Part shown: one piece after another, positions 34,534-48,629 of the stretch | How positions within the stretch are numbered: the first letter of the stretch is position 1 | Layout of the letters: every line of letters begins with the position of its first letter | Assembly (NCBI GenBank): GCA_963575745.1 | Contig: CAUYUJ010000170.1 | Span: forward strand, 186,001-250,000 | From: Prorocentrum cordatum | Lineage: Eukaryota | Length of the DNA: 64,000 bases | Reading direction: 5' to 3' | Notes under the pieces: model-generated | The model's input: the letters and a program-made list of their open reading frames with translations, nothing else | What the model was told of the DNA's origin: nothing | Database searches by the model: none | Translations under genes and position numbers: made by a program

Positions 34534-35733
34534 GAGGAGGAGGAGGAGGAGGAGGAGGAGGAGAAGGAGGAGGAGGAGGAGGAGGAGGAGGAGGAAGAGG
34601 AGGAGGGAAAGGGGAGAAGGAGGGGGAGGAAGATAGAGGAGGAGGAGGAGGAGGAGGAGGAGGAGGAGGAGGAGGGAAAGTGGAGGAGGAGGAGGGCGCG
34701 AACGCTCCGGCGCATCGGGATGCGGAGCAGCGTCGTGGAAGCATCTGGCCGCCTCGGATCGTCGGACCATCGGACTCGAGCCGGATCGGGCAGGCCAGAA
34801 TCGATACGGCCGGGCCTGGGACATCCCTCGAAGGACATCCCTCGAAGAAGGGAAAACGAGGAACATAGAATCGTATAATAATCCCTCAAGAAGACATCCC
34901 TCAAGAAGAGAAGTCGAAGAGGGGCCCTCGAAGAAGAGAAAACGAAGACATCCCTCAAAGAACATCCATCGAATCGGATAAGAACATCCCTCGAAGAAGA
35001 GAAAACGACGGACACATAAGCTTTTTCGCGCTCCGCGCGGATTTCTCGGATCCACGCTGCCCCCCCCCCAGCGGCGCTTCCGGCGCCGCCCCTGGCGCGC
35101 TCCTCGCGCCAGGGAGGGGGGTCCAGCGTAGATCCAAGAAATCCGCGCGGAGCGCCAAAAGCGTATGTTTATGTCGTTTTCTCTTCTTCGAATCCTTCAA
35201 GAACATGAGACCCTCCGCCGGCCAAACGGAAGAAGAACTTTCGAGGGTGTCCTCCCACAGGATGCACAACAGCATCCAACGACCAACAAGCACGAAGCAC
35301 ATTCGGGCACCCTCCCCGAACCGACATCGATCTTGCACCCCGGTCCGACCGCATAAAATCCGATCGACTGGATCGAAATGGATCCTGTGCCAAGTCCCGC
35401 GCGTCCAACGGGAGAGTTGTTTTCATGGCCCGCGCCTGACAGGGTCCAGCACAAGCTTGCAGGCCAACGGCTTAAAAAAGTTGAGCCAGCACCTGGTCTC
35501 ACGGAAGACTCTCTGGATCGCTGGCGGAAAACCCACTACTGAGACGCTTCGAATGCGCCGAGAGCCGGAGACCGAGGGGGAGAAACAGGACGAGGCGTTC
35601 GACTCGACTGGCGCCGATGCGTTCGGGCGGTCGCGCTTCCGCTGGCCAGACTCGTCCGCAGGGACATTTACTGCTCCGCCAACGCTCATCATCATCACCC
35701 GCATGGCAGGCACCCTGCGGCGCCTCGCATGGT

Positions 35734-35945
35734 AGGGGGCCACATGCGAACCCTACCCCTACCCCCCAACGATTTCCGAGAAGGAGGGTGGGGTTCACTC
35801 CGCTCGGGAGCTCCCGAACGAAGCGAACCCCACCCTCACCCTCAGAAATCGTGGGGGGTAGGGGTCGGGTTCGCACATGGCCCCGCAGCATGGCCCTCAG
35901 AAATCGTGGGGGTAGGGGTAGGGGTCGCATGTGGCCCCGCAGCAT
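35734..35945. mobile_element. Palindromic MITE family F (right arm duplicated); second copy ~60235-60385
   Basis: gggccacatgcgaaccctacccctaccccc...gggggtaggggtcgggttcgcacatggcccc, centre tcgggagctcccga. Confidence 0.7.
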
Positions 35946-37453
35946 GGCCCTCCCGCGAGCCTCCCGTGAGCTTCCCGTGCGCGCCCTCCCGCCTGTGGTG
36001 CACGTGACGCCACGGGCAGGAGAAGCCCACTCCCGCCGTGCCCCCCCGCGGGGTGGACGGCCACCGCGCCGACGGCGCTGCCACGGAGAGGGCCCCCGCG
36101 CCAGGCCTGCAGGCTCGCTCTCTCTGCGCACGCGACGCTGCCGGCGCTGCTCCCGGGAAGCCCAGCGGGGCTCGCTCTCCGCGCCCCCGGCTCGCTCCCG
36201 GCAGCCATCGCGCGGCCTGCAGCTGCTGCCAGGAAGCGGGCGAGGCGGCAGGGGAGAAGAGGGTCCCGAGGGAAGCGGGTGCTGGACCCCGGAGGTCTCC
36301 CGGGGCCAGCTCTTCGTCCCGAGTGGTTTTCTGATGGCCCCTGGGCCCGAGGAGGGATCTGGACGGCAAAAAAACACGATTTTCTTAGCTGCGGATCGAG
36401 AGCGAACCTCTTCCGATAGAAGCTAAGCGGGCCGCGCACAGCTTGAATCAGCAGAGGGAGGGCAAAGGAAGGCGGGGCCTCACGTCGAGGCCGAGAGAGG
36501 GCGAAGCCCTGGGATCAGGCGGTGCCGAAGTTGAAGTGCAGGAAAAGGTACACCTTGGACAGGAGCCCGGTGGCGAAATCCCGGGAAGCGAAAAGTCGGT
36601 GGTGGTGCCGTCAGCGGCGCTTCGAGAACACCAGCCTCATCAACTGCGGGGGAGGGCAAAACAAAAAACACACGAAACACATCAGGGCCCGTGTCCCTCA
36701 GGACCTCAGCTGCCTCGGTGCGCAACACTTTTTTTGATCTGCGGGGCGAGAGCGAACCTCTTCCGCCAAAAGCCATGCGGGCTGCGCACAGCTTTGCTTT
36801 AAGTTCGGGAGACAGGGCACAGGAAGACGGGGCCTCCGGCGGCCGGAGCGGGCGAGGCCCGGGGGTGCCGGCGGCGCCGAAGTGGGCGTGCAGGAGCAGG
36901 AGCGCCGCGGACAGGGAGCTCGGCCCGTGGACTGAAAACGCAGGTCTGGCGCGGTGCTTTCGCCACGACGTCGGCGCCAACACGTGCCGAGCCGACACGC
37001 GGCGGCGTGTGGACGCGGACTCTTTTTGAGCACGGCACGCGTCGCGCCTCGAAGCGGGAGCAGCAGGGCAGCCGAGCTCGGGACCCGCTTGCCTCCAGGA
37101 GAGGCCTCCCAGATTTACAGTCGGGGCGTTGAGCCAAGGAACCCTACATAAAGGACGAGGCCCCTATGTTCCATGAGTTAAGCTTCGATTTCCGATCGAA
37201 GACCTGAGGAAAACCTGAGGCAGGCTGCGAAACAATCAAGGAACACGGAGCCCCTCCCCGATGAAAAGGGTTCCTTCTCCAGCGCCCCGACTGTAGGTCG
37301 GGCATGTCCCCCTACAGGGAGGTTTTGGACGAGCCGTTTCAATAAATACCCCAAAAGATTCAAACATGGCCCAAAAAACATGAAAACAAACCCAGTTTGT
37401 CTTTGACTATTTTTGAATATTCCTCCTGTAGAGGGACAGGCCCGGCTCAATCA

Positions 37454-37655
37454 CAGATGGGGTCGGAGTAGATGGGGTCGGAAGATCGCGCCGCATCGCC
37501 GATGCATCGCCGATGCATCGGCGATGCCTCGGCAACGCCGGCGAGGCGTCGGCGAGGCCAGGGCGGAGAACATCGGGCTCCACGTCGAACCGCACCGCAG
37601 ATGCACCGACAATGCTGCGCGATCCTCCGGCCCCATCTACTCGGACCTCATCTCG
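37454..37655. mobile_element. MITE family G (agatggggtc..gcatcgccgatgc..); second copy ~58163-58346
   Basis: Inverted ends and two dispersed copies. Confidence 0.65.
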
Positions 37656-37666
37656 GAGGCCTAGAG

Positions 37667-37825
37667 TAAGATCGGGCGTGTCCTCCTACAGGGGGATTTC
37701 GGACGAAGAACAAAAAAGCAGTCAACAAAGATCCAAAAATAATCAGAAAGAGCAGAAAATCGTCCCCACACTATTTTTTGACTATTTCTGAATACTCCTC
37801 CTGTCGAGGGACGGGCCCGACTTAA
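37667..37825. mobile_element. hAT-like MITE family H with 8-bp TSD GCCTAGAG; other copies ~37293-37450, ~40214-40373, ~48872-49017, 60842-61033, partial ending ~33404
   Basis: TIRs tcgggc.tgtcc.cctacagg / cctgt.gagggac.ggcccgactta; gcctagag at 37659-37666 and 37826-37833. Confidence 0.8.
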
Positions 37826-38868
37826 GCCTAGAGCTCAGGAACCGCTTCCCTCATGGGCAAGCCTTAGGCCGGGCGTGTCCGTCTAGAGAAAGAAAATTTT
37901 TAAAAAATAGTCGAACATGAGTCTGGGAACCAGTTTTTACGATTCTCGCGTTTTTTTTTGAAGACGTTTCCTCCAAATCCGCCTCTAGGGGATTTTCGCG
38001 TTTTTGTTGAAGACGTTTTCGCGTTTTTTTGAAGACGTTTTTTTTTGAAGACGTTTTTGAAGACGTTTTTTTGAAGACGTTTCCTCCAGACGATTTTCGC
38101 GTTTTTTTCGAAGACGTCTCCTCCAAATCCGCCTCTAGGGGGACCTGCCTGGCCTCCGGCGAGCCAGGAAGCCCCCCCCCCCCCAAGGCGTGCCCGCGCG
38201 CTGCCGGCGCACACACCGCGCCGCCGGCGCCGCTGCCCCGGGAGGCCTCCCGGGGAGGCCTCCCGGGGCCGGGGATGGACAGGGCCTCGGGGGCTCCTCG
38301 GGAGGGCCTCGGGGATGGACTGGTCCTGCATGTGTTTTTGATGGCCCCTGGGCCAGACAACGGGCGTCGGCACCGGCACGCCTTCCCTGTTCGCACCGGC
38401 GGTCCGGGCGGCGGTGCAAACCGCAGTCTTGAGGGCCTTGCTCGTCTTGCTCGACTCCTTCGGGGGCTCCCCGGCGGGGTCTTCCTCGGCGGGGTCTTCC
38501 TCGGCCTTGCTCCGCTTCTCCGGGCGCTCCCCGGCGGGTTGTTCCTTCTTAGGAGCATAGAAATCAGCATAAAAACGGACGACCCAAACCCAAGACTCCA
38601 CCCCCCTTGCGTCGTATAAAAAAAACACGACTGGCGGGTGTTTGCTGCTTTCAGACGGCCCCATGTAACAGGAGAATAAAAATCTTAGGATAATAGAAAT
38701 CAGCATAAAAACACGGACGACCCAAACCCAAGACTCCCCCCCCCTCGCGTCGTATAAAAAAAACACGACTGGCGGGTGTTTGCTGCTTTCAGACGGCAAA
38801 AGCCGCGCTGGGCCCCGAGACTGTCAACAAAAACGACTCGAGATGAAAAGCTCGTTCCGGGGAGTAAG

Positions 38869-39096
38869 CAGGAGAGCCCGGAATCGAATCGATAAGTCGC
38901 ATCGGCGATCGAAACGAATCGGATCGGCGGAAATCGGCAGCCGAGTCGGGAAAAGTCGGATCGGCAGACATCCGCAGGCCAGTAGGCCTCCAATAAGAAA
39001 TCGGAGCCCAAGTCGGAATCTCAAGTCGAATCGAATCGGAATCGGAAGCCATCGAAATCGAACCGAATCGAATCGGAGGAATCGAAACGAGCCCTG
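38869..39096. mobile_element. Family E element, second (non-exonic) copy
   Basis: Same ends and length as 25314-25541; no clear TSD here. Confidence 0.85.
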
Positions 39097-39445
39097 GAAC
39101 CCCCTGTAACAGAACGTGGCTTCGTGAGAACGACCTCGGGCCCAAGACTGGCGGGCGCGAGCCTGGAGAGTGACGGCCGCGGCGCCCTCGAGGACCGAGA
39201 ACGAACAGTTCGCTAATCGCCGTGTCAGGGTTGGGGTTCTGTCCACCCCCGATGGGGGCCTCCTGGGAGCCCTGGGTGGCCTCTCGGGGGCCCCTTTGGG
39301 CCTCCTGGGGGCCTCCCGCGCCGAGGGCTCGAAAGTGTCCCTTCGGCTCCCCCCCCCCTCGGGGCCCCTCCCGCTGGCAGCGCCGTCGCGCGCGGGTGGC
39401 GACCCGCCAGTTGCGCTTGGGCCCCGTGGACCTCCACGTCATCCA

Positions 39446-39494
<49 letters not shown>

Positions 39495-42209
39495 CTCAGC
39501 TCCTCCCTCCTCAGCCCCTCCCTCCCTCCTCCTCCTCCTCCTCCTCCTCCGCCTCCTCCCCCTCCTCCTCTTTCTCCTCCTCCTCCTCCTCCTCCTCCTC
39601 CTCCTCCTCCTCCTCCTCTTCGAGCTCCTCGTCGTCCTCGTGCTCCTCGTCGTCCTTGGTCCTGGCCCCTGTGGCGAAGACAGCAGGGGGCCGCAAACAA
39701 CAGTCGGGGTTCCTCTGAGGTTGTTTTTTGTCTTCGGCACGCCCCGTCGAGTGGGAGGGGGTGGAGGAGGAGTAGGAGTAAGAGTAGGAGGAGGAGGAGG
39801 AGGAGGAGGAGGAGAGGAAGATGAGCGCCCTTGCACCCTCCACTGGACTCACCGCATCCAGGTCACGAAGGGCGTCTTTTGATGCGAAGCGTGTGGTCGT
39901 TGCGGGGCCCGTTCCGACACGGGTAGGGGCCCCGTGGAAGTACAGAAGCTGACCAGGCCTCGCGAGCCCAGGGCTCGGGGAGAGTGGGGGTCTCGAGTCA
40001 TCGAAGCTCTGGCCGCGGGCCACTTATCGCCAGCATACTGGACCTGGCCGGATGAGCAGGAGGTTGCCCAGTGATTCCGTTGAATCCCAGGTGTTTTCGA
40101 TTCTCTCGCCGTGCCTGTTTCAATGAGCTAGCGGTGGATTCCCAGAGAAAAGGAGGACCAGAGCAAGCCAAATATGCATCAGCGATGATGCACCTCCACC
40201 TTCCGTCCAAAGCTTAGGTCGGACATGTCCTCCAACAGGCGGATTCTGGGAGAAGGACGAAACTAGCCCCAAACTAGATTCGGGCCTTGCCAAGAATAGC
40301 CGAAACAGCGTCCCCCGACTAGTATCTTGCTGTCTTTGAATAGTCCTCCAGTAGGGGGGCATGCCCGACTTACCCATCGGTCGGAAGAAGTGGGTAGAAC
40401 CATGAAGTAGAAAGGCGTTGGAAATAGATCGGGTTTCCGCCCCGCCTCCTGAAGAGGAGGGAAGAGGGAAAACCACTCGACTCTTGAAGTAGGAAGGCGC
40501 TGAAAGTAGATTGGAATCTGGGAAGGTACCTACTTTCAACGACCGAGGGGTAATCCAAAGTCCCCCGATCATACGTCCCCACGAGCGTGCCCCTTCGCTG
40601 CAAGCAGTGCCCCCCTTCCTGAAGGACCCGCACCGCTGCTGGGAATGCCGTCCAGGCGGGGGCCGCGCGTTGAGGAGGAATGGACTCACCTCCTCCTCCT
40701 CCTCCTCCTCCTCCCCTTTCTCCTCCTCCTCCTCCTCTCTTCTCCTCCCTTCTCCTCCTCCTCCTCCTCCTCCTCCTCCCTCCTTCCTCCTTCCTCCTTC
40801 CTCCTTCCTCCTTCCTCCTCATCGCTCTGACGCAAGCCCGCGATTGCGAAAAGCTATGACCATAACAACGAGGCGTCCAAGGATAGTCCGTTCTCGAAAA
40901 GGGACCGCTTCCGCCTTCGCGTGACTGTTGCACGAGCTCATACATGTGGTCATGGGCGATGGAGGAGTCCCAAGCGACAGCTCCGTTTATGTGGAACCCT
41001 CGGGCCTAACAATTAACGAAGTGCCCAGAGATAACCCCGTGTTGGGAAAGATCAATCCTCACATCTTCGAAACGTTGCGTTAAGAAACGAATGCGCGCGT
41101 CGCTGAACCGCACGCCCCACGTTTTAAACAACCAGTGACCCACCCTTGAAATTGCTGTTCGGGTTTGAAACGAATGCCCGCGAGGGGCGATATGGCGAGC
41201 GCCATTTGAAACCAGCCCCTCCTTCCATCCTTGGAAACGAAAAACGAAAAAGATTCGTAATACGAATGCACACGGCGAAAAGGCCAGGGCCACATGTTGA
41301 AACTCCCCCCAGACCAGACAGCTATTGCAAACTTGTGGGCGGATGCGCGCGTGGAACTGCGGCGATAACCACGTTTTGAAAACGAACCTCCCCCATCCCT
41401 GAAGCCGCTGCAGTGTTGTGAACGAGTGCGCGCGGCGCGAAGGCGAGAGCCACACTCAGCAAAGGAGCCGCTCTCCGTCCTTGAAAAGATTGCATGTTCA
41501 CGGCGATTACAGGAGCAAATTTGAAGGGGAACTGGGACACACAAATAAATACACACAAATAACATGTTTCCCCTATATTTCCTCATACTTTCTGGGATTT
41601 TGTCTTCCCCCCCACTTCCCATATTTTCCCATATTTTTCTGGGAATCGCCGATTAATTGTGTCTGTGTGTTTTTTCCCCTCCTGAAAAATGCTGAAACCG
41701 ATTTGCCCCATTCACGCCTGAAATTGCTCCAAGCGTTTACAACGACTGCGCGCGACGCGAAGGCGAATGCCAGATGATGAAAACAACACCCTCCAACCCT
41801 CAGACTGTTACAAGATTTGAGGACGGCCGTAGACGGAGATAAGGAGAGAGCCGCATGTAGAGAACCAGCCCCTTACGCCGTTCAAACTGTTCGAATGTGT
41901 GAGGTTCAGGCTAACCCACCCTATGAACCACGCCGGGGGGTGGGGTGTGGGGGGGGGGGGGGGCGATCGAGGAATTACTGACAAGGCCAAGGAGCGGCGG
42001 AGGAGGGGGAGGAGCAGACAGGCAACCCATCGGCTCAGCGCGGCGAGTGATTAAATGGCCAGTGGACAAGCAGCGGAGCCTGTGCACACAGGCGCGTCGA
42101 CCTGAGACTTCTCGTCGTCAATATTCCTCCTCCTCATTTTCGTCCTTCTGCTCCCCTCATCCCTCCTCCTCATCCTCCTCACCCTCCTCTTCCGTCTCCT
42201 CCTCCCCCT

Positions 42210-42296
42210 CACCATCACCATCACAATCATTATCAACATCATCACCTTCATCACCAGCAGCAGCGGCATCATCATCATCATCATCATCACCACCAC

Positions 42297-42367
<71 letters not shown>

Positions 42368-42457
42368 CCATCGTCATCATCAGCATCATCATCATCAGCA
42401 TCATCATCATCATCATCATCATCTTTATCATCGTTATCAACATCATCATCATCACCG

Positions 42458-42536
<79 letters not shown>

Positions 42537-42603
42537 TGTCACCATCACCATCACCATCATCATCAGCATCATCATCGCTACCACCATCATCGTCATCATC
42601 ATC
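42210..42603. repeat. (CAT)n microsatellite
   Basis: ~390 bp of atc/acc triplets. Confidence 0.95.
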
Positions 42604-43269
42604 CGCCTCCCTCGAGAGGGGAAGGATGGCCGAAAAACGCTCAAGGCCAGCGGGGCCTGGCCTGAGACAGCCTGCGGCGTGCCGAAAAGAAAAGCATCAA
42701 TGCCAAAGCTTGGTGCCCGACGTTGAGGTCCCCATGTGCGCATCCAAGACCCGGAAGCGTTCAAGTAAGAATACGGTCAAGACGGACAGCCCTGACGGAC
42801 GCCTGAAGCGACCGTCGGGGCTGCTGGGGCAGCTCGGGCACAGGTGGGGGAGGAGCTTGAAGCGCAACTAGCAGACTAGGGTGACCGACCCGAAGAGAAG
42901 GGAAAGGGCAGGAAGGGGGGAGGGGGACGGGGAGCGATCGTTGTCGTCGATGGCCGTGGCTGGGGTAGTGGTAGTAGTGGCGATGCCTGCTGCGCCAGCG
43001 TTGCCTGCGCCGGCGCTGTGGCGCGCGGCGGTCTCACACCTGTCCGCTGCGCCAGCTCTGCTGCGCGTGGTAAATGTCATGTGCGCGGTCTGCCGCCGCT
43101 GGTTCCACAAGCGGCGGTCGCCTCGTTGCTGTTTCTCGCGGCGCCGGCGGGGCTGCGCGGGCGCTCTCGTGCAACAGCTACTGCACCACGGCCGCCCAGA
43201 TGTTCTCGTCGGTGCCAAGGTGCAGCCGCGTGCTCACCTGCTGCCACCCGCAGGGGGTGACTCGGTCCG

Positions 43270-44905
43270 CTCCGCGGTGGCCATGTCGTGACCCCATGAG
43301 CGGACGTACGCCACGGTGGCGTCTCCAGAACGCCCCACATATCGAAGACGACTAGGATGAGCTGCCCTCCCTCTGGCCAGTAGCGGTCCCGCTTGCTGCT
43401 TTCTGCGCTGTTGACGGCAAGACCGTCCATGCTTGAGCGTGCCTGCTGGCGCGGCGCGTTGCCGCTGCATGCGCAAGTCGCGCGCGTGTCCAAGAACAGA
43501 GTCTGTCCAGTCACCGCCCCGCGGGTGGCGACTCAGCTGTGACTCCTCGAGGTCCGCGGGCTCACCCTGTGCCAAGCAACAACCCATTGCTCGTTCGCGC
43601 CACGTGCCCTGTGGTCCGCTGGTGGCACCTGGCGCAAAATACCAGATGCCGTTGTGTTTGTTGTTGTGGCAAGGCCCGCATGGGCACTTTAGGGCGTGTC
43701 GCCCACGTCTGTCGACATGTTTTCCTCACGCAACTCCGCCCTGCGTGCGGTGCTTGCACGTGGCTCCCCGCGGAGGGTAACCGAAGCCTGTCTGCGATGG
43801 AGACGCGGAAATGCTCGTCCGGGATCGTGCTCGGCGTCTCGCCCTCCCAGACGATGGGCGGCTTCAAAAACTCCCCAGCGGCCGGGCCGCCTGATGAGCG
43901 GAAGTCGACCTTATCGTCTGCCCCTTGGGAGGCCAACGGCCGCTCGCGGCTCCTGCTGCTGAGGTCGCCCGCCCACCTCCTTTGCACCCCTTGGAGCGGT
44001 TCGCGTCGAAACCCTGCCAACCTGCACTCGGATCCCCGCCCTCACCATGGCCTGGGCCACTCGGGGGCAGAGCTCCTGGAACCTGGCCCACGGAGGCTCG
44101 CCCAACCGAGTGCACACGCTGCGGAGCGTAAGCGCCCAGCTGCCCAGGTAGGCAGCAGCCAACGCCTTGGTGCCCGAGGCGAACCCGAGGCCCCCGTCGG
44201 TCGAGCGTAGGAAGCAGCGTGCCCGCTGGTCGATGTCGACGACGTCGCCCAGAAAGTCCTCCATTGCCTGTGTGAAAGTGTCGTCGAGTCTGGTGAACCA
44301 GTCCCCGTCCTCGTAGTTCGTAGCTTGCGTGCAGCAGGTCCCTGACGCATCCGTCTCTGTAGGTCTGGAGAAGAAAGAACCACTCCCTCGTTCCGAGCTC
44401 AGCGCCCCGCACTGTCTGCAGTCGAATGACCAACCTCTCTGCATCCCGTACTGTTTCGTCCCCGTTCGCTTCCCCGTGGGCAGCAAGGCTCGCGAGCGGA
44501 TCCTCCGGCTCCACCCAGGGCGCGGTGGCCCCCATGTGGAGAGTGGTTCCACAGGCCTTCGAGCAGCGACGAAAGGTGGGCCGCGGGGCCTCATGTCCAC
44601 GCTGCGGTTTTGCCCTCGTTGATGGCGAGCCCTGCCCGTGTGAGTTCCTCCACTACTGGCGCCGCCGCTGCCTCTCCCAGTGTCGCAGACCACCACGGAC
44701 CACGTCGTCTGAGTAGGAGAACTCCTCCTCGAGCCCCAGAGCGAAGCAGGCGGGCGAAAGCAGGCAGCCCTGCTTGACTTCTCTCGCGGCTCCCACATCT
44801 CTGGCCGAGCTGCCTGCCGTCCACTAGAGGTGCGTGGCCCCCCGTGCCCAGCCACACCGCCGCCACCTGGTACAGGGCGGGCAACCGCGCCGCGACTCCC
44901 ACCGA
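43270..44905 (-). mobile_element. Decayed CRE-like (restriction-like endonuclease) non-LTR retrotransposon, 3' half
   Basis: FSYSDDV at 44701-44721, GLAINEGKT, DGGLG..AAAYLGSW, AGEFL..DEHFRVSIADRLRLP, AVNSAESSKRDRY..VFDMWG. Confidence 0.75.
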
Positions 44906-47900
44906 GGATGTTTCGGCGTGGAAAAGTGTTTAGCGCGTTGGTGGCGTCAAACGTCTAAACAAAGTCTGTGGGTGAGGCTGCCGTCATGGCCGTCACGGCC
45001 TTGTGGACCTCACTTCTTCCTTCCCTCCCCCCCTCCCTCCCTCCATACTCCGCCCCATCCATCGCGGCCATCCAGCCCGAATCCCACAAGCCTTCTGGGC
45101 GTGAGTGGTTGAAGGCATTTCCTCTTCCGTCTCCCATTTTCCTCATCGGGGAGGGCTTTAGCACTAGTACCTATCATAAGCACCCCCTCGGGGCAAAATC
45201 TCGGGTCCTGATCGCGGGGGCGCGAGCACTGTGTGTGTGTGTGGTTATTGACAGGGACGGCCGGGGTGCCCGCGTATTTCCCGCTGCGCGCAGGGCCAGC
45301 ATCGACTTCAAAAAACAGTGCGACGTGCACTTCGAGGCAAAACCTGGATCCTGTGCGCGCACCCCGCGAGCACAGCGCATGGGCTTCTGACTGGGACGGC
45401 GGGGGGGCCGGCACGCTGCCCGCCACGTGCGGGCCCACCGGCCCCCGTGAGGGCCACCCCGCCAGGACTGCGCGCTGGCTTCCGACACAGGGCGGTCGGG
45501 GCCGACACGTTTCCCGATGTGCACTGCCACGTGCGCATGCGCACCTGGCACACTCTGCGCGTGCCCCGAACGTGGCGCACCTTGGCGCGCGGCGGGAGTG
45601 TGCGGCGCACATGGCGCACGTGGATCACGTGGCGCATCCGGCGCACCAGGCGTGCCCGGCACGCTTGGGCCACAGGGGTGCCTGGCGCACCCGGCGCACG
45701 TGGCGCGCCTGGCACGCCTGGCGCACCTCGCCCCCGCGCTGCGCACATGGGATCAGTGTTGGTTCCCATTGGCTGACCATCCAAAGACTACCGCTGAACA
45801 CGCTGCGGCTCGGTTGCTACTTTGTGTTGGAAGGGCAGGTGGGAGTGAGCGAGACGGCTTGCGGGCGGGGAGGGTGTCCTGTCACCTCCCTCTTCCCCCT
45901 ACCCTTGGGTCTGGAGGGGGGGGCGCGGCCAGTTAGGGCGTCCAAGATGAGCTCGACGAGGAAGCCAACATCATTGATTTTACCACGATTGTGGACACAT
46001 TTCGGCTTCCTAGTGGGGGGGGGCCCTGATCGAGGAGCTCCCCTCCTTTGATCGATCTCCTCCAGGACGGCCCCAAGATGGCCCCCGAAGCTTCGAAGCG
46101 TGACCCAAGATGGCCCCAAGAGGTGCCCAGGAGGTCCCACAGAGGCTCCCAAGAGGCCATCAAGATGCCCCCAAGAGGCTCCCAAGAGACCCCCAAGAGG
46201 CCGCAGGAGGCCCCCCCGAGGCACCCAAGACGCCCAAGAGGTCTGGGCGACAAAGCCAAAATATAGATGTTACAACAGGTTTTGATTACATGTCGGCCTC
46301 CTGGGGAGGGACCTTCAATAATGAGCCCGCCCTCCTTTGATGGATGATGGATCTCTTCCAAGATGGCCCCGTGATGGCCCCCGAGGCTGCCGAAGGTGCC
46401 TCCCAAGAGACCCACAAGAGTTTCCAAGAGGCCCCCCAGAGGCACCCAAAATACCGCAAGAGGCACCCAGGACTGCCAAGAGACCCAGGACGCCCCAAGA
46501 GGACCTCAAGGAACTCCCGAAAGAAATGCGAAGAGACTCTTATCATGTCCATCATGCTCTTATATCCCGTCTTCCTTAAATTCCACCTTAAGTTCCCTGG
46601 ATTCCATCGGGTTATTACCTTTGGTCTCAGCCGCTAGCCTCTCTTTCCCGGCCCCGTTCTCGCACTTAACGTGAAATTTCCCATTCGCGTTCATGGTTGA
46701 CGCCTCGGGGATTCCTAAAGAAGCACTGCGCCCAATCGTCAAACAGATCACCTGCGTGGGCCATGACGGATTCCAAGCCTGTGACTCTTAACGGGGGCGG
46801 TAACGAGTATGCCGTCCCGTGTGTTTCTCTAGCTGGGTGGTCACACGGTGAACTCTCTTTGGTGCTTCGGGGCGCATGCCCAAGTTCATCTTGCCTGACA
46901 AGATGCTGCCAGTAACTGTGGGATACCATGGGTCAATTCGCAATCGCACTTAACCCTTCACCCTCTTTCGGGCCCGTTCGTCTCCCTGTGGGCTCGGTTT
47001 CTGTTTGTCATGTGTGGTGCACCGCGGATCCCAATCTACCCTCTCCAAGTCGCTGAGTACGAACGCTCCCGTTGCATCGTTTTCTTGTTTAGCGCCGTAC
47101 GTTGTCTCGTGCTCGTTGCACATGAGCCGCCCGGCTGAGAAGCCTCAAAGGGGCGCTGGCACCTGGTAGTGATAGCGGTGCGCCCATAGCCTCAACGCTG
47201 GTAGTGATAGCGGTGCGCACCACATAGCCTCAGAAACTGCCAGCTGCCACCACTGAGTTGTGCTGAAGCACTTAACAATGTCCACTCCACTCTCGAAATG
47301 TTGCTCGGCCCACCACATGTGCTTAAGTGTTGGATGGTTCTGCACTCGTTGATTTGACTCTGCGCTCCCACAAGCCCTTTAGCGCCGCTTTTCCCGACAG
47401 TCTCGACCATCTTGTTTTGGCAGCGGCATTGATATCCTGAAGGATTCGCTCTCGTGGTGCATGTGCTGACTCACGATGCTGAGCGTCAAGGCACTCAACC
47501 TACGCGTTATCTGGGAAAAAATGAATCCTTCATGCAGGTTGATCGAATAAATGCCTCCACTCCTCCTCTCGGTCAGGACCTGGTTGATGCCGTCGTGGCT
47601 CACCTGCAGGGCTGATTTAACGTGGTTGAGGTCGCCGTTATCATGCGCATTTCGGCATAACTCGAAGTACTGCATGAGGCCTGCGTGAAGCCACCATGTA
47701 CGCCCTGCAAATGCATGAACGCCTTTGGCTCCGTCCATTGTACGTCGCTCCGCTACCATGCAACCCAGTTGGGAGGATATGATGGTTGCTTATGTCCTGC
47801 AGCGGCAACCCAGTTGGGAGGATATTATGATGGTTGCTTATGTCCTGCAGCGGCAAAAAAAAACATAAATTTGAAGGCTTCGCTCTGACAGTGAAACGCT

Positions 47901-48449
47901 TGCACCAAATCGTAGCGGTCATCACTGCTCTGGCGATCTGTCCGCCACATGTCTGCGCGGAAAGATCCTCCTGACACTACAACGCTTCCCGTGCTGCACT
48001 CCCCCCAAGGCTACTGCGGATGGTGTAGGGGGTGGGCATATTTGAACTCACTCATCCTAATACACAAACGAATACTCCCCATACATAAAATAAGAATTCA
48101 CCTATCAGAATAATACTCGCTGACTCTCGTACATAAAATACTACCTCCTCCTCCTCCTCCCCCTCCTCCTCCTCCTCATAACACGCCATCGCCATCTTCC
48201 CCCGGGGTGGGAACTCTTGGGCTGGCGGGGGAAGAGCGGGCCCGGGTCCAGCATCTGGGCGGTCGGGAGCCTGAGCGAGCTCCGAGCGCCCGGGCGCGCT
48301 CTGGCGGGCCGGAGGAGCCTCGGGCACTCCTGGGCGCCCGACGCGCGCCCCCAGACGTCTGCTGCGCACGGTGTGCACGGCAGGCTCGCGCCGTGTCGAC
48401 CCCGGCGCTGGCTCCCGACACCGCGGGGATCGCTCAAACGGCCCCTTCA

Positions 48450-48629
48450 TTAACGGGCGAAGCACGGTATAAAATAAACTTTTTCGCTGTCGGGGGCGAC
48501 TGTCCCAGGGCGGCTGGAAAGTTTATACCCTTACGGTGGCACCGTAGGGCTATAAACTTTCCAACCGCCCAAGGACAGGCGCCCCTGACAGCGAAAAAGT
48601 TCATTTTATACCGTTCTTCGCTCGCTGAT
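48450..48629. mobile_element. Palindromic MITE family D, copy 2
   Basis: Similar to 6822-6997. Confidence 0.75.
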
